Source of the DNA: the human T2T-CHM13v2.0 reference genome, Homo sapiens
Reading direction: 5' to 3' (one strand)
NCBI RefSeq assembly: GCF_009914755.1
Contig: NC_060940.1
Length of the DNA: 64,000 nucleotides
Part shown: in pieces, positions 1-11,138 of the stretch
Layout of the letters: each line of letters begins with the position of its first letter
How positions within the stretch are numbered: position 1 is the first letter of the stretch
Translations under genes and position numbers: made by a program
Notes under the pieces: model-generated
Told to the model about the DNA's origin: nothing
The model's input: the letters and a program-made list of their open reading frames with translations, nothing else
Database searches by the model: none

Positions 1-180
1 ATCTATCATCCATCCATCCACCCACCTACCCACTTATTCACCAATCCACCTATTAATCTATCCATCTACCCATCCATTCAGCTATTCATCTACCTATCAG
101 TCCATCTATCTATTCAACCTTTCACATATCCACCCACTTACCTCCCCTCTCATCCATCAATATAGCCTTGTATCCATCCA
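1..180. repeat. Degenerate (CCAT)n/(CTAT)n tetranucleotide repeat
   Basis: atctatcatccatccatccacccacctacc... throughout the interval. Confidence 0.85.
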
Positions 181-199
181 CGTAACCACTCATCCTTAA

Positions 200-710
200 A
201 CAAAAATCAGTTGGCAAAACTGTAAGCATTGGTAATAAAGAGACATACAAGTCGCAGTTCTGTCCTTAAAGAGCTTAGGATCTAGTACGGGAGTATATGT
301 AAACCAAAAATTACACAACAGTGTGCTCAGTGCACCTACAGAGAACTGTGCCGTGTTGCTGTGGGAACTCTAAAGAAAGAATGGTTTACTGTGTCTGAAG
401 GATTCAAAGAAGGAGGCACACATGTGAACCTAAATGTCATATGTGGTAAAAGAGGAAGTAACCAGCCAGGGGTGAGGAACACAACAGCAGGAAATTAAGT
501 AGCCGATGAATATTCAGACTTGAAGTTCCTGCTAAAGTGCCCATTTGTTGTTTGGTAGAAATATGGATATGTAGGAGGGGGCCTCTACCAGGGTGCAGAA
601 CATATGGTGGTATTATTAGGGCACCAGGCAGGAGCTGAAGTAGGGGCTCAGAAAGCCAATCACAAGAACCAGGATTCAGGGTGGGCCTGTGGTTTTGAAT
701 GGAAGAAAGG
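200..710 (-). mobile_element. L2 LINE relic (3' region)
   Basis: cagttctgtccttaaagagcttaggatctagt and the following purine-rich tract resemble the reverse-complemented L2 3' end; highly diverged. Confidence 0.45.
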
Positions 711-729
711 AGAAAAGAGTAAACAAATG

Positions 730-1072
<343 letters not shown>

Positions 1073-2518
1073 TTAGGAGACAGATCAAAATGCAGACTTG
1101 AATTTAATTGGCACAGACACTTAATTATGCATCTTGACATCTTTGACCAAAAACAAAATGCCAAGAACAAAAGCAGCTTCACGACCAAGCACATGCTGGA
1201 ATCCGGCCTTCTGTCTGCCTTACTCCCGCTGCTGGTGAAGCTGCAGGAATCCTGACAGGAGCAGGCTGCCTTTCAGCTCCAAGTTCCTGGCACTAAGTTC
1301 TGCGCAGGGGCCTGGGCGAGGTCTTTATGACTTTCCAGAGGCTTCCAGGTCTCTATTGAAATGCAACAGCTGTTACTAGGGGCAACTCTACTTCCCAAAC
1401 AAGAACATAGACTTTGTGGAGCTTTCCCAGGTGCTGTGAACCCAGCATTGCCAAACAATGCCTGGGACCCACAGCGTCTCCTTCCCCCATGGAGTTTAAA
1501 TAGATTGGAAGCAAATGCTTGTTGACAACAGGTGTGGCTCAATGTGAGCAAACGTTCCATTCCGTTATTGCAGGGTTGGCACCGAGGGACATTTCCTGTG
1601 AAAGAAACAGGCTTCCAGGAGCATGGGCAATCCATACTCATAGCCAGACCTGCTCAGCTCCTCCCCTTCAGGGCCAAAGACCGCAAAGCTCCGTGAACAG
1701 GTGCTCCTAATAAATGCAGAGTTTTCCATAGCCCAAGCAAGGCTAGCAGGGAGGGGAGGGGTCCCTGGCCACAAAGCTCCAACCAGCCAACTGATCAGGC
1801 TTTCTGCGATGATGGAAGTGGCTGCATCATCATTAACTCAGCTAGATTAACTTGTTCAGCAGAAGCTTGCAGAGCTGCGTGAGCCTGCCTTCCACTCAGC
1901 TTGAATTAAAGAGATTGGGCTGCAAGGACACAGAGAGGTGAGCCCCAGGAGGTGGGGTCCCAGTCCTGAGATTAGTGACAGCAGCCCTGAGGATGTAGAG
2001 AAAAACTTCTTACTCCTTTGAAAAATGTGTGCAGTGATTCTTTTCCTCCCTGAGCTGTCTTGGAGCCAAAGTAAGTTCTTCACGGAACTAAATGGAATTG
2101 CTTGTTCAGTGAGATTCTAATTTCAGTGAGAGGACTTCTCGGCTACATATGCATTGCTTTGGGAAGTCCTCCCTTCCGAGGCAAGGGCTTCTCCACACCT
2201 AGGATTTGATGTAGAATTACTAGGGCAGTATGTAAGGACAGAGAAAGAACAGAGGCAGCGGCAGGCTTCTGACAAGGGCCTGGTAATCAGGCTCTCTGCA
2301 TAATTTTTGGAGATTTGGAGATGGAGTTAGTGGAGGGAAAGAAAGAAACGGATATAATTAGAAAAAGAAAAAAATACTAATGTCTTCACAATACTTAATG
2401 TTAGAAATTCACTTTGTTTTTTTCTTCTACCTCCGCAGGCTCTACATGTTCCTGGAGGTGTGTGTGGCTGGGCAATTATCCTTTTTCACTCTTGCCCAGT
2501 GCTTGTTTTGAATGCAGA

Positions 2519-2890
2519 TGTATTAGTTCAGATGGGCCAAGTTGCAGTAAAAAAAATCCACCCCCAAATTTCGGTGGTTTAACAGAACAGATGTTCTTAT
2601 CCTGCTTACCCAACAGCTCTAGTGGGTGTTTCTTCTATGAAGCTGCTCAGAAACTCAGGCTGATGGGTGACCCTGCCATTTTCAACATCTGGTCTTCGAA
2701 GTGACCTTAGACGTTGACATCCCTGTCAGCCAGAATGCAGAAGTATCATGGCGCAGCATGTGGGAGAGGTTCTTATGGACTGTGCCTGGAAGTGGCAGAC
2801 ATTGTCCCCATCACTTGGTCAAATGACCACACCTACCAGCAAGGGCAATGAGGAAATGTGGTCCAGCTGTGTGTGTACAGGAAGAAGGGA
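2519..2890 (-). mobile_element. Old MaLR LTR (MLT1J/K-like)
   Basis: tgtattagtt...gttgcagtaa...caaatttcggtggtttaac start and ggtcaaatgaccacacctaccagcaaggg end are typical of old MLT1. Confidence 0.55.
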
Positions 2891-2934
2891 CAGCGAATGC
2901 TCTCCCCCACACCCTGCTTTCAGGGTTTATCCTT

Positions 2935-3620
2935 GTCATTTATTGAGGGCCTGCTATGTGCCCTACATTGTCCTAGGAGCTGAGGATACAGCTGTCCACA
3001 GAGTACCCACGGTCCTTGCCCACACATGGTTAGAACCTAGTGAGGGAAGAAGAAGAATTAATACCTCTTTATAAAATTAATTAATTACACTTTGGATAAG
3101 GGTCATAGGGGAAAACTTCAGGGCACCATGAGAGCTGGTAACTCTCTCTATGGTGAGGTGAAGGGGAAGTAGAGGAGGTTTCTGGGAAACAGTGACATTC
3201 AAACTGGCAAAAAGAAAGCAAAACAGACTTAACCAGGCAGATGCACAGCAGGGTGGCATTTTAGGAAGTGGGACCAGCAGCTGAAAAGTCCTTAGGCAGA
3301 AAATAATTTCAAACATTTTAGACCCTTCCTCCAAAGGGCAGCGAGGCTGATGCACATTGAAGAGGCCAGAGAGCGCCTTGAAATGAGACAGAAGAGCTGC
3401 TCCGGGCTGAGATGGAAGTCATCTTCCTGGACTCAGAGAGTTAGGGCTACTCCTTAGCAGTAGTGGGGGCCCGCTCATGGGTGTAAGAAAGAATGTAGCA
3501 TGATCAGCTGTGCTTGTCAAAAATCTGCTCTGCCTGATGAAGTCTGAAGGAGGGAGGGTACTGCAGTCTTTCAGGGGAGAGACGGGGGCTTGCGTTCGGG
3601 GCTGGCAGTTGAAACGGAGA
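2935..3620 (-). mobile_element. L2 LINE relic
   Basis: catttattgagggcctgctatgtgcc...gctgaggatacag matches the reverse complement of the L2 3' end. Confidence 0.75.
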
Positions 3621-4211
3621 GACATAAGATAGATTGTTGAAATAGGAAGGGGAAGACATGAGACTCTCTTATGTCTAAATGTCTAACATGGGTTGGAAAG
3701 GCTGCCCACCAGTCCCAGGTATGCAGGCTTGGCACTTGGCTCATTTGAAAGAGAGACAACTAAGCCATAACTGGTTTATCCTTTTCCTCTGCAGTTTTAT
3801 GGCCTTCTTGACTTCAGGCCTATTTAATAAAATGCAGCTCTTTAAAATGGATGTTCAGTGGAGCTCAAATTCACCCTCAATGTGCACTTCTGCGGACTTT
3901 GATTAGTATGCATAATAGAGCAGCACACCTGATGTCCGCAGCAGGCAGTTCTAATGCCAGTGGAGAGAGGTACAAGATAAATCACTCCAAGTAAATGACT
4001 AATTAATCATGCACTTGATTTTAATAACATATACCATCTGGCTCAAGATTTGTCTGTCTACAATCTTGTATTCCATTCTAGAGATTTGATAATCAGTAAA
4101 ACCACCCATGGATTCCTAATTGAGGACAATTTCTTTCCTTTCTTTTAGAAAACTTAGGAATCAAAGTGTATTCCAGTAACTGCATGGAAGGGGCTGGAGG
4201 GAGAAGGTTAT

Positions 4212-4712
4212 TGTTATATATAAAGTCGCGGTACCGCAAAAGAAGTAGCAGTCGAATATAAAATTTTATTTTTAATTCTCAGCAAGGCAAGTTACTTCTA
4301 TATAGAAGGGTGCACCCTTACAGATGGAACTATGGTGAGCCCACATTTGGACAAGAGAGGGGAAGGGGTTCTTATCCCTGATGCACGTGGCCCCTGCTAC
4401 TGTGTGGTTCCCCTGTTGGCTAGGGTTAGACCACACAGGCTAAACTAATTCCGACTGGCAAATTTAAAGAGAATGATGGAGTGAGTGCTTTGGCAGGAGT
4501 CAAGGCAGAGCAGGTAGCAAGTAATCTGAATGAGTTAGGGTGAGCAAGTGATCAGAATGAGTTAGGGTGGAGCAGGTGATCAGAATGAGTCAGGGTGGAG
4601 TAGGTAATGGAAAACGGTTGCTTTACGAGGAAGTTAAGTTTAGAAGTAGAAGGCAAAGAATTGCACATACTGACATATTCTTTGAAAAGAAATTTAGAAG
4701 TCATATCTTACA
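4212..4712 (-). mobile_element. Solo LTR10 (LTR10A/F type, HERV-I/ERV1)
   Basis: TG...CA ends; minus strand begins TGTAAGATATGACTTCTAAATTTCTTTTCAAAGAATATGTCAGTATG; internal ~28-bp repeat; 5-bp TSD GTTAT/GTTAA. Confidence 0.88.
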
Positions 4713-4883
4713 GTTAAGGTTTGATTTTTTTTTTAAATCTTAAAACCATCATAGATATTTCAGGATAATTTATGGGACAAAATGGACACTATCCCAATGA
4801 AAACGTGTAAAATCACTTCCAAAAGTGTCTATGCCAGAGGGCTTACTTGCAATGATCCTTTGATCCTCCAAATCAGAAAACAG

Positions 4884-5323
4884 TTTTTTTTTTTTTTTTC
4901 CATAGTCTCATCTATGCCTTTTTGGTTTTTCTTCTTCTTTTGTGTGTGTGTGTGTTTTATTATACTTTAAGTTCTAGGGTACATGTGCACAATGTGCAGG
5001 TTTTTTATGTATGTATACATGTGCCATGTTGGTGTGCTGCACCCGTTACCTCATCATTTACATTAGGTATATCTCCTACTGCTATCCCTCCCCCTCCCCC
5101 CACCCCACAACAGGGCCCAGTGTGTGATGTTCCCCACCCTGTGTCCAAGTGCTCTCATTGTTCAATTCCCACCTATGAGTGAGAACATGCGGTGTTTGGT
5201 TTTCTGTCCTTGCAATCGTTTGCTCAGAATGATGGTTTCCAGCTTCATTCATGTCCCTACAAAGGTCATGAACTCATCCTTTTCTATGGCTGCATAGTAT
5301 TCCATGGTGTGTATGTGCCACAT
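4884..5323 (-). mobile_element. 5'-truncated L1PA (L1PA4/5-like) 3' end with extended tail
   Basis: ttttattatactttaagttctagggtacatgtgcac... L1 3'UTR from 4955; TSD AGAAAACAGTT at 4875 and 5324; TT/AAAA endonuclease site. Confidence 0.95.
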
Positions 5324-5984
5324 AGAAAACAGTTGTTTTTAAGGGTATTGGACAAGGGTCATGACTGCTTAGCAAGGAAGCATCCTCTACTTGTGCATGG
5401 CTTCAAACGCTTCTAAATTAACAGGAGTATGAACCATCTGAGGATTCACAATTTCCAGTGAGTCTTGGCTCTACTTATTTGAAATGGATAGCTTCCTAAA
5501 GTAACATATAATTCACCTATAAAATACTATTTTATCTCATAAGACAAAATGAGTCCATGGTCTTATTATGTAAGACTGTTTTCCATTGGGGCTGGTCTCA
5601 GGCTAGGCAAGGTGAGTATCTGTAGGTGGAATTCTCCTGAGAACAGATGCTCTAAACTTTTTAAATAATTGATTTGACTTCTTCACCATGTCCATGTATA
5701 TAGCTGAGCATGGCCAATCTACTGGTTTGTATTATACTGTCAAAAAACAAACAACTTTCCCTAACAAAATAAACAGTATCTCAAACAGCAGCACATATGT
5801 CCTGGGGGGTAAACAGAAAACTTGTCCCATTTGACTCATTTCATTATTTGGAAGAAATTTCCGTCACAGAAGGCAGATGTCGGTGGACTGATACCAGATA
5901 GTAGAGAAATTCTGAGTGTTTACTGTGTGCAAAAAAATGCTGCATTGGGGGGCTTTAATCAGAAATCCATGAAAAATAGTGTAA

Positions 5985-6168
5985 GTACAATTTATCGAGC
6001 ATTTATTGTATGCTAGACATATGCATCACCTCACTTCAGAATTAGCCTATGAAGTAGAATTATTATTGTCCTAAATGGACAGGTGGGACCTAGGTTGCCC
6101 AGAGAGGTGAATGGGCTTTCACAGGGTTTCACAACCAGTGGGAAAAGGCTGGACTCAATCCCAAATTA
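5985..6168 (-). mobile_element. MIR
   Basis: atttatcgagcatttattgtatgc...ccagagaggtgaatgggc...ggctggactcaatccc. Confidence 0.7.
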
Positions 6169-6279
6169 GGCTCATTAATCATGCTCTTGATTTTAATAAC
6201 AATTTTGTTTGTTTTTTCTCTAGAAAAGTTACGAATTAAGTTGTATTCCACGGACTGTATGGAGGGGGGTGAAGGGAGG

Positions 6280-6281
<2 letters not shown>

Positions 6282-6316
<35 letters not shown>
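6282..6316. repeat. (GT)17 microsatellite
   Basis: Pure GT run. Confidence 0.97.
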
Positions 6317-6317
<1 letters not shown>

Positions 6318-8618
6318 TCTCAAAAGCCATCATACATCTTTCCGGAGAGTTTGAAAATAATAATCTGAAAATCCAAAGGCTGACTCACAACTCCTGGGCT
6401 GTACCTACGATACAGTAAGTAAGAGGATGGTGTCACTGTGTCCTCCCTTCTGTCCTGAAGCATTCCATGCTACACACCATTCATAAGATTTAAAATCATC
6501 TTCAAGAAGTGCCCTGTTGGAATAATAAGTCAGTGCTCTCTGGAGGCTATAACCAAATATAATTTGCCACATAAACATGAAATGTGTGTCCAAGAAACTA
6601 GTAGGAATGCATCTAGGAACCAAAGTGTCTCCTTCCTAGAGAGAGAGGAAAAAAACAAAGTGAGGATGGTCCTCTGCACAGGCGTTGTATATTTTGTTCT
6701 CAAATCCAGCAGCCTTGACTTGACATGGGATGGTTGGGATGGTTCTCCACGTAGCCACATAAGCTCATTACTACCCATTACATCTGCCTGTACCTCCAGC
6801 AGGTGCCCAGGAGATGGCTGAGTCCCAAGAGCCATGCAGGCCTCCTGGACGACCGCCCTGATGTGGTCCACTTGACTCTTAACAGGTATCATGGCCTTGG
6901 CACATGTTGGGCATTTTCCAGCGTCACTCTCAGAAGACCCTCCCTCCATGAGTTCACCACTGCTGGTCTTTAACTCTCAGCTTAGGGAATCAGACTGAAT
7001 TAGTTCTTTGTGTTATTAACCGGAGGAACACTTACATTTTCTGACAACTCTAATCTTGGAGCTCAGGGAATAGCACAGAGCATTTGTATGAAATTACCCC
7101 TCGTTCTATCTATAGGCCTAACAGCCAGCATTTGTGAATTTGGCAGAAGCCAGCAGATCTCACAGTTAATGTCTTCCTCTCCTGCCAGGATCTTTGGAAC
7201 AAGGTGCTTAGAGTGCCACATGACAAAGAGCCGGACAGATCCTGGGATGTGGAGCCCAGGTGATGTTATTTGCATCCAATTAAAGAAGCAGGAATGGGTA
7301 GCATAATTGACATGCATGACTCTTAATGCCTTTTGGTTCATTAAGCCTTTGGATCAACTTTTGTAGGAAGACATGTAAAAGAAACTGAGCAGGACTTGGG
7401 CACAGGTAGAGGTGAGCTTCCGGGCTGAATCCCCTACTAGGCCGTTAGTCAATTGTATGTTTCCTTTTTGGACTCACCTCTGGGTTGCAGAGGAGGTTGC
7501 TCTGATTGTTTCTTGTTATACCATAAAGATAAGGAGCTTGAGTTACTTTCCAGCTGATAAGGCAATTTTCACCTTTTTCCATTTGTCTTGGAATTTCACA
7601 CCCCATCCCATCCTACCCTTAAGGTGCCCTGGAGGGGTTGAAGGGCCATTCTTGGTCATCCAGTCTCTGTGTGGTTGGGTTGATCACAGAAACTAGAGAA
7701 GTCACGAAGAGTAGGTGTTCCTCAGGTTAATTACACAAAGAACTAATTCAGTCTGATTCCTTAAGCTCGGAGTTAAAAACAGTGATTGTGAACTCATGAA
7801 GGGAGGGTCTTCTGAGAGATATAAAGAGGCTGATATATGCTCTTTATATCTCACCTTTGATGATACACAGCTCACCTTTGATGGTCACTCTGAATCACAT
7901 CAAGGCGATGACAAGAACAACTGTCTAGACTTAGTGGTGTGGCTTTGAAACGACACTTCGCCATTCAGGGATTCAATTGTTTTCCAGTTTTATAATGAGG
8001 GAGCTGAGCAAGAGAAATATTTTCAAAGGCCATTCTGGGCTGCACAAGGATAGAAACAAATGGGAGCTCCATTGGGCAGGACACACCTGTTTCTACAAGA
8101 GCAACCTACTTTTTTGTTTTGTTTTAATCAAGGGAGTGTCAAGCAATTGCTTATTTCATAAACAGGGCTGTGCTGCTATTTTTAAACAGTGTGAAGTCCA
8201 CAGGTCTGAATAATTTCTTCTTGCTCCAAGAGTTCCTAGGTCCTGTGTTCAGATTTTGAGAGCCTTCATGTCTCAGGTCCCAGTAGCAGTTTCTATGACT
8301 GACCAGCCTGTCCACAGAGCATCTCCTCACTGGACAGGCATTGTGGGCACGCTCCTGGGGAGGAAGAATCAGGGTGGTGAGGCAATTAGTAGGTGTTCTA
8401 CAATCCTGACGTCTTTCTCAGACCAGCCCCCATCTCTGTCTGTTGGCGAGATTTCTTCTTTAGCTTCTGCTCACTATGACATGAAGGACTTCTTCTTACC
8501 TAGATATTCTGGTGCTATAGGGGGGTGCTGATCAGTGGAGCTTAGAATTACTTTACACACACATGCCTACACCCCCCCTCGCAACACACACACGTACCTT
8601 ACAAAATTTCTAATTATA

Positions 8619-8921
<303 letters not shown>

Positions 8922-9368
8922 CTAATTATGCTGATTACTTTAGATAAACATTTCTCAATTTGGGCTTCAAGGCATATTAATAGACATACAAAAAAATTAT
9001 TTGGTCAAGTGAAAATAAAGCATATCCTGCGTCCCATAGTAGGGTAGTGTATTAGTCCCTTCTCACGTTGCTATAAGGAAATACCGGAGACTAGGTAATT
9101 TATAAAGGAAAGAGGTTTAATTGACTCACAGTTCACCATGACTGGGAAGGCCTCAGGAAACTTACAATCATAGCAGTGGCAGAAGGCAGCCATGATTGTT
9201 TACCAGGCAGCAGGAAGGAGAGTGCCAAGGGAAGAGGGAGGAGTCCCTTATAAAACCATCAGATCTTGTGAGAACTCACTCACTACCATGAGAACAGCAT
9301 GGGGAAAACTGCCCCCATGATTCAATTAACTCCACCTGGTCTCTCCCTTGACATATGTGGATTGTGGG

Positions 9369-10441
9369 TGAGAGACAGGACTAGCTGGATTTCCTAGGCC
9401 AACTAAGAATTCCTAAGCCAGCTGTGCCTGGTGGCTCACGCCTGTAATCCCAGCACTTTGGGAGGCCGAGGCGGGCAGATCACGAGGTCAGGAGATCGAG
9501 ACCATCCTGGCTAACACAGTGAAATTCCGTCTTTACTAAAAATACTAAATATTAGCTGGGCGTGGTGGCAGGTGCCTGCAGTTCCAGCTACTCGGGAGGC
9601 TGAGGCAGGAGAATGGCATGAACCCGGGAGGCGGAGCTTGCCGTGAGCAGAGATCACGCCACTGCACTCCAGCCTGGGCGACAAAGCGAGACTCCGTCTC
9701 CAAAAAAAAAAAAAAAAAAAATTCCTAAGCCTAGCTGGGGAAGGTGACCACACCCACCTTTAAACACGGGGCTTGTAACTCAGCTCACACGCAACAAATC
9801 AGGTTGTAAAGAGGGTTCACTAAAATACAAATTAGGCTAAAGCAGGAGGTAAAGAAGTCGTCAAATCATATATCGCCTGAGAACACAGGGGGAGCGACAA
9901 TGATCGGGATATAAACCCAGGCATTCGAGCAGGGTGTGGTAACCCCCTTTGGGTCCCCTCCCATTGTATGGGAGCTCTGTTTTCACTCTGTTAAATCTTG
10001 CAAGTGAACACTCTTCTGGTCTGTGCTTGTTAGGGCTTGAGCTGAGCTTTCGCTCACCATCCACCACTGTTGTTTGCTGCCGTCGCAGACCCGTGGCTGA
10101 CTTCCACCCCTCTGGATCCAGCAGGGTGTCCACTGTGCTCCTGATCCAGCGAGGCTCCCATTGCCACTCCCGACTGGGCTAAAGGCTTGCCATTGTTCCC
10201 GCAAGGCTAAGTGCCTGGGTTCGTCCTAACTGGGCTGAACACTAGTTGCTGGGCTCCGTGGTTTTCTTCTGTGACCCACGGCTTCTAATAGAGCTATAAC
10301 ACTCACTGCATGTGCCAAGGTTCCATTCCCTGGAATTCATGAGGCCAAGATCCCCAGGTCAGAGAACAAAAGGCTTGCTGCCATCTTGGGAGCGGCCCGC
10401 CCCATCTTGGGAGCTCTAAGAACAAAGACCCGCCCGTATCA
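9369..10441 (+). mobile_element. LTR17 (HERV-W) solo LTR, interrupted by AluY
   Basis: Starts TGAGAGACAGGACTAGCTGGATTTCCTAGGCC; ends AACAAAGACCCGCCCGTATCA; 4-bp TSD TGGG at 9365-9368 and 10442-10445. Confidence 0.93.
9420..9719 (+). mobile_element. AluY inserted in LTR17 U3
   Basis: GAGATCGAGACCATCCTGGCTAAC, GAATGGC, GGAGCTTG diagnostics; TSD AATTCCTAAGCC on both sides. Confidence 0.95.
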
Positions 10442-10499
10442 TGGGGATTACAATTCAAGATGAGATTTGGGTGGGGACACAAAGGCTTTCATGGTTTTT

Positions 10500-10575
10500 G
10501 GCACCCGCTGCTGTCCCCTCCTTTTGAGTGTGGGACGGATCTGTGACTGGCTTCTAGCCCATAGAATATGGCACC
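10500..10575 (+). mobile_element. MLT1 LTR fragment
   Basis: cctccttttgagtgtggg...gtgactggcttctagcccatagaatatggca motif. Confidence 0.5.
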
Positions 10576-10839
10576 TTCCTTCACATAAACCATCCATCTC
10601 TGAGCCATCCCCGGTTCCTTGACTTCATAGACTCACAATTCCAGATAAGAGATGATTCTACCACCTTGCTGTCCTGGCATCCCGGGATTCCTGCCGCGTG
10701 GGCTGAACTGTCTGCCTTTCCCAGTATGGAAGTCATCACTTACTCATTCAATCATTTAGCACCCTTTCTCGCTTGCTTGGAAAATACAAGGTAAAAAACA
10801 CACTAGCCTACTATTTGATATTTGTGCGTGGGTGTGTGT

Positions 10840-11020
10840 GGGGGGCGTCATATATCCCTCTTAGCATCTGATAAAAAAAAGATCAATTCATTACCCAGAA
10901 ATATGTATCTGCATGTGTGCAAGTCCCAATTCACAATTCAGTACAATTCTGGGGGTTCTGGACTCCCTGAGGACCATTTATAAGTTCTCTCCAAGTCATT
11001 GACCCCAGGTTTAGTTGCCC
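10840..11020 (-). mobile_element. Charlie4z-like hAT MITE
   Basis: gcatctgata...cccagaaatatg...tacaattctgggggttctggactccctga...gaccccaggtt. Confidence 0.55.
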
Positions 11021-11022
11021 CT

Positions 11023-11138
11023 CTAGACTATAAGGCCCCCTAGATAGAAGGCAAGTGTCATATGCCACTGCATCCCCAACTCTGAGGACAAAGCCTGGTG
11101 GCAGGTGGACCTTCATTCAGGGTGAATTGAGCTGAATT
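11023..11138 (+). mobile_element. L2 3' end fragment
   Basis: tagactataagg...gaaggcaag...catccccaac...gcctgg...tgaat. Confidence 0.5.

Larger units (their letters stand above)
9048..10485 (-). mobile_element. THE1D-like MaLR solo LTR, split by LTR17 (9048-9368 and 10442-10485)
   Basis: tgtattagtc...gaaagaggtttaattgactcacagttc...ccacctggtctctcccttgaca resumes as tggggattacaattcaagatgagatttgggtggggacaca. Confidence 0.9.

Noticed and set aside
4515-4610. Short tandem units here and at 34141 and 56158 as CRISPR-like arrays
   Set aside because: There are no unique spacers, the context is eukaryotic, and each is explained as a VNTR or slippage within a known TE.
4857-4865. Single perfect TCF/LEF site CCTTTGATC
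   Set aside because: An isolated 9-mer is within chance expectation for 64 kb.
6842-6930. Plus-frame peptide ...HGLGTCWAFSSV resembling the papain/cathepsin active site (CGSCWAFSSV)
   Set aside because: It lacks the oxyanion Gln, the upstream Cys and the DWR/DYR motif, and similarity does not continue downstream. Most likely chance; a tBLASTn with cathepsins would settle it.
6530-6949. 139-aa minus-strand ORF with a faint resemblance to an ERVL pol connection domain
   Set aside because: Only scattered residues match, with no RT or RNase H motifs and no associated LTRs.
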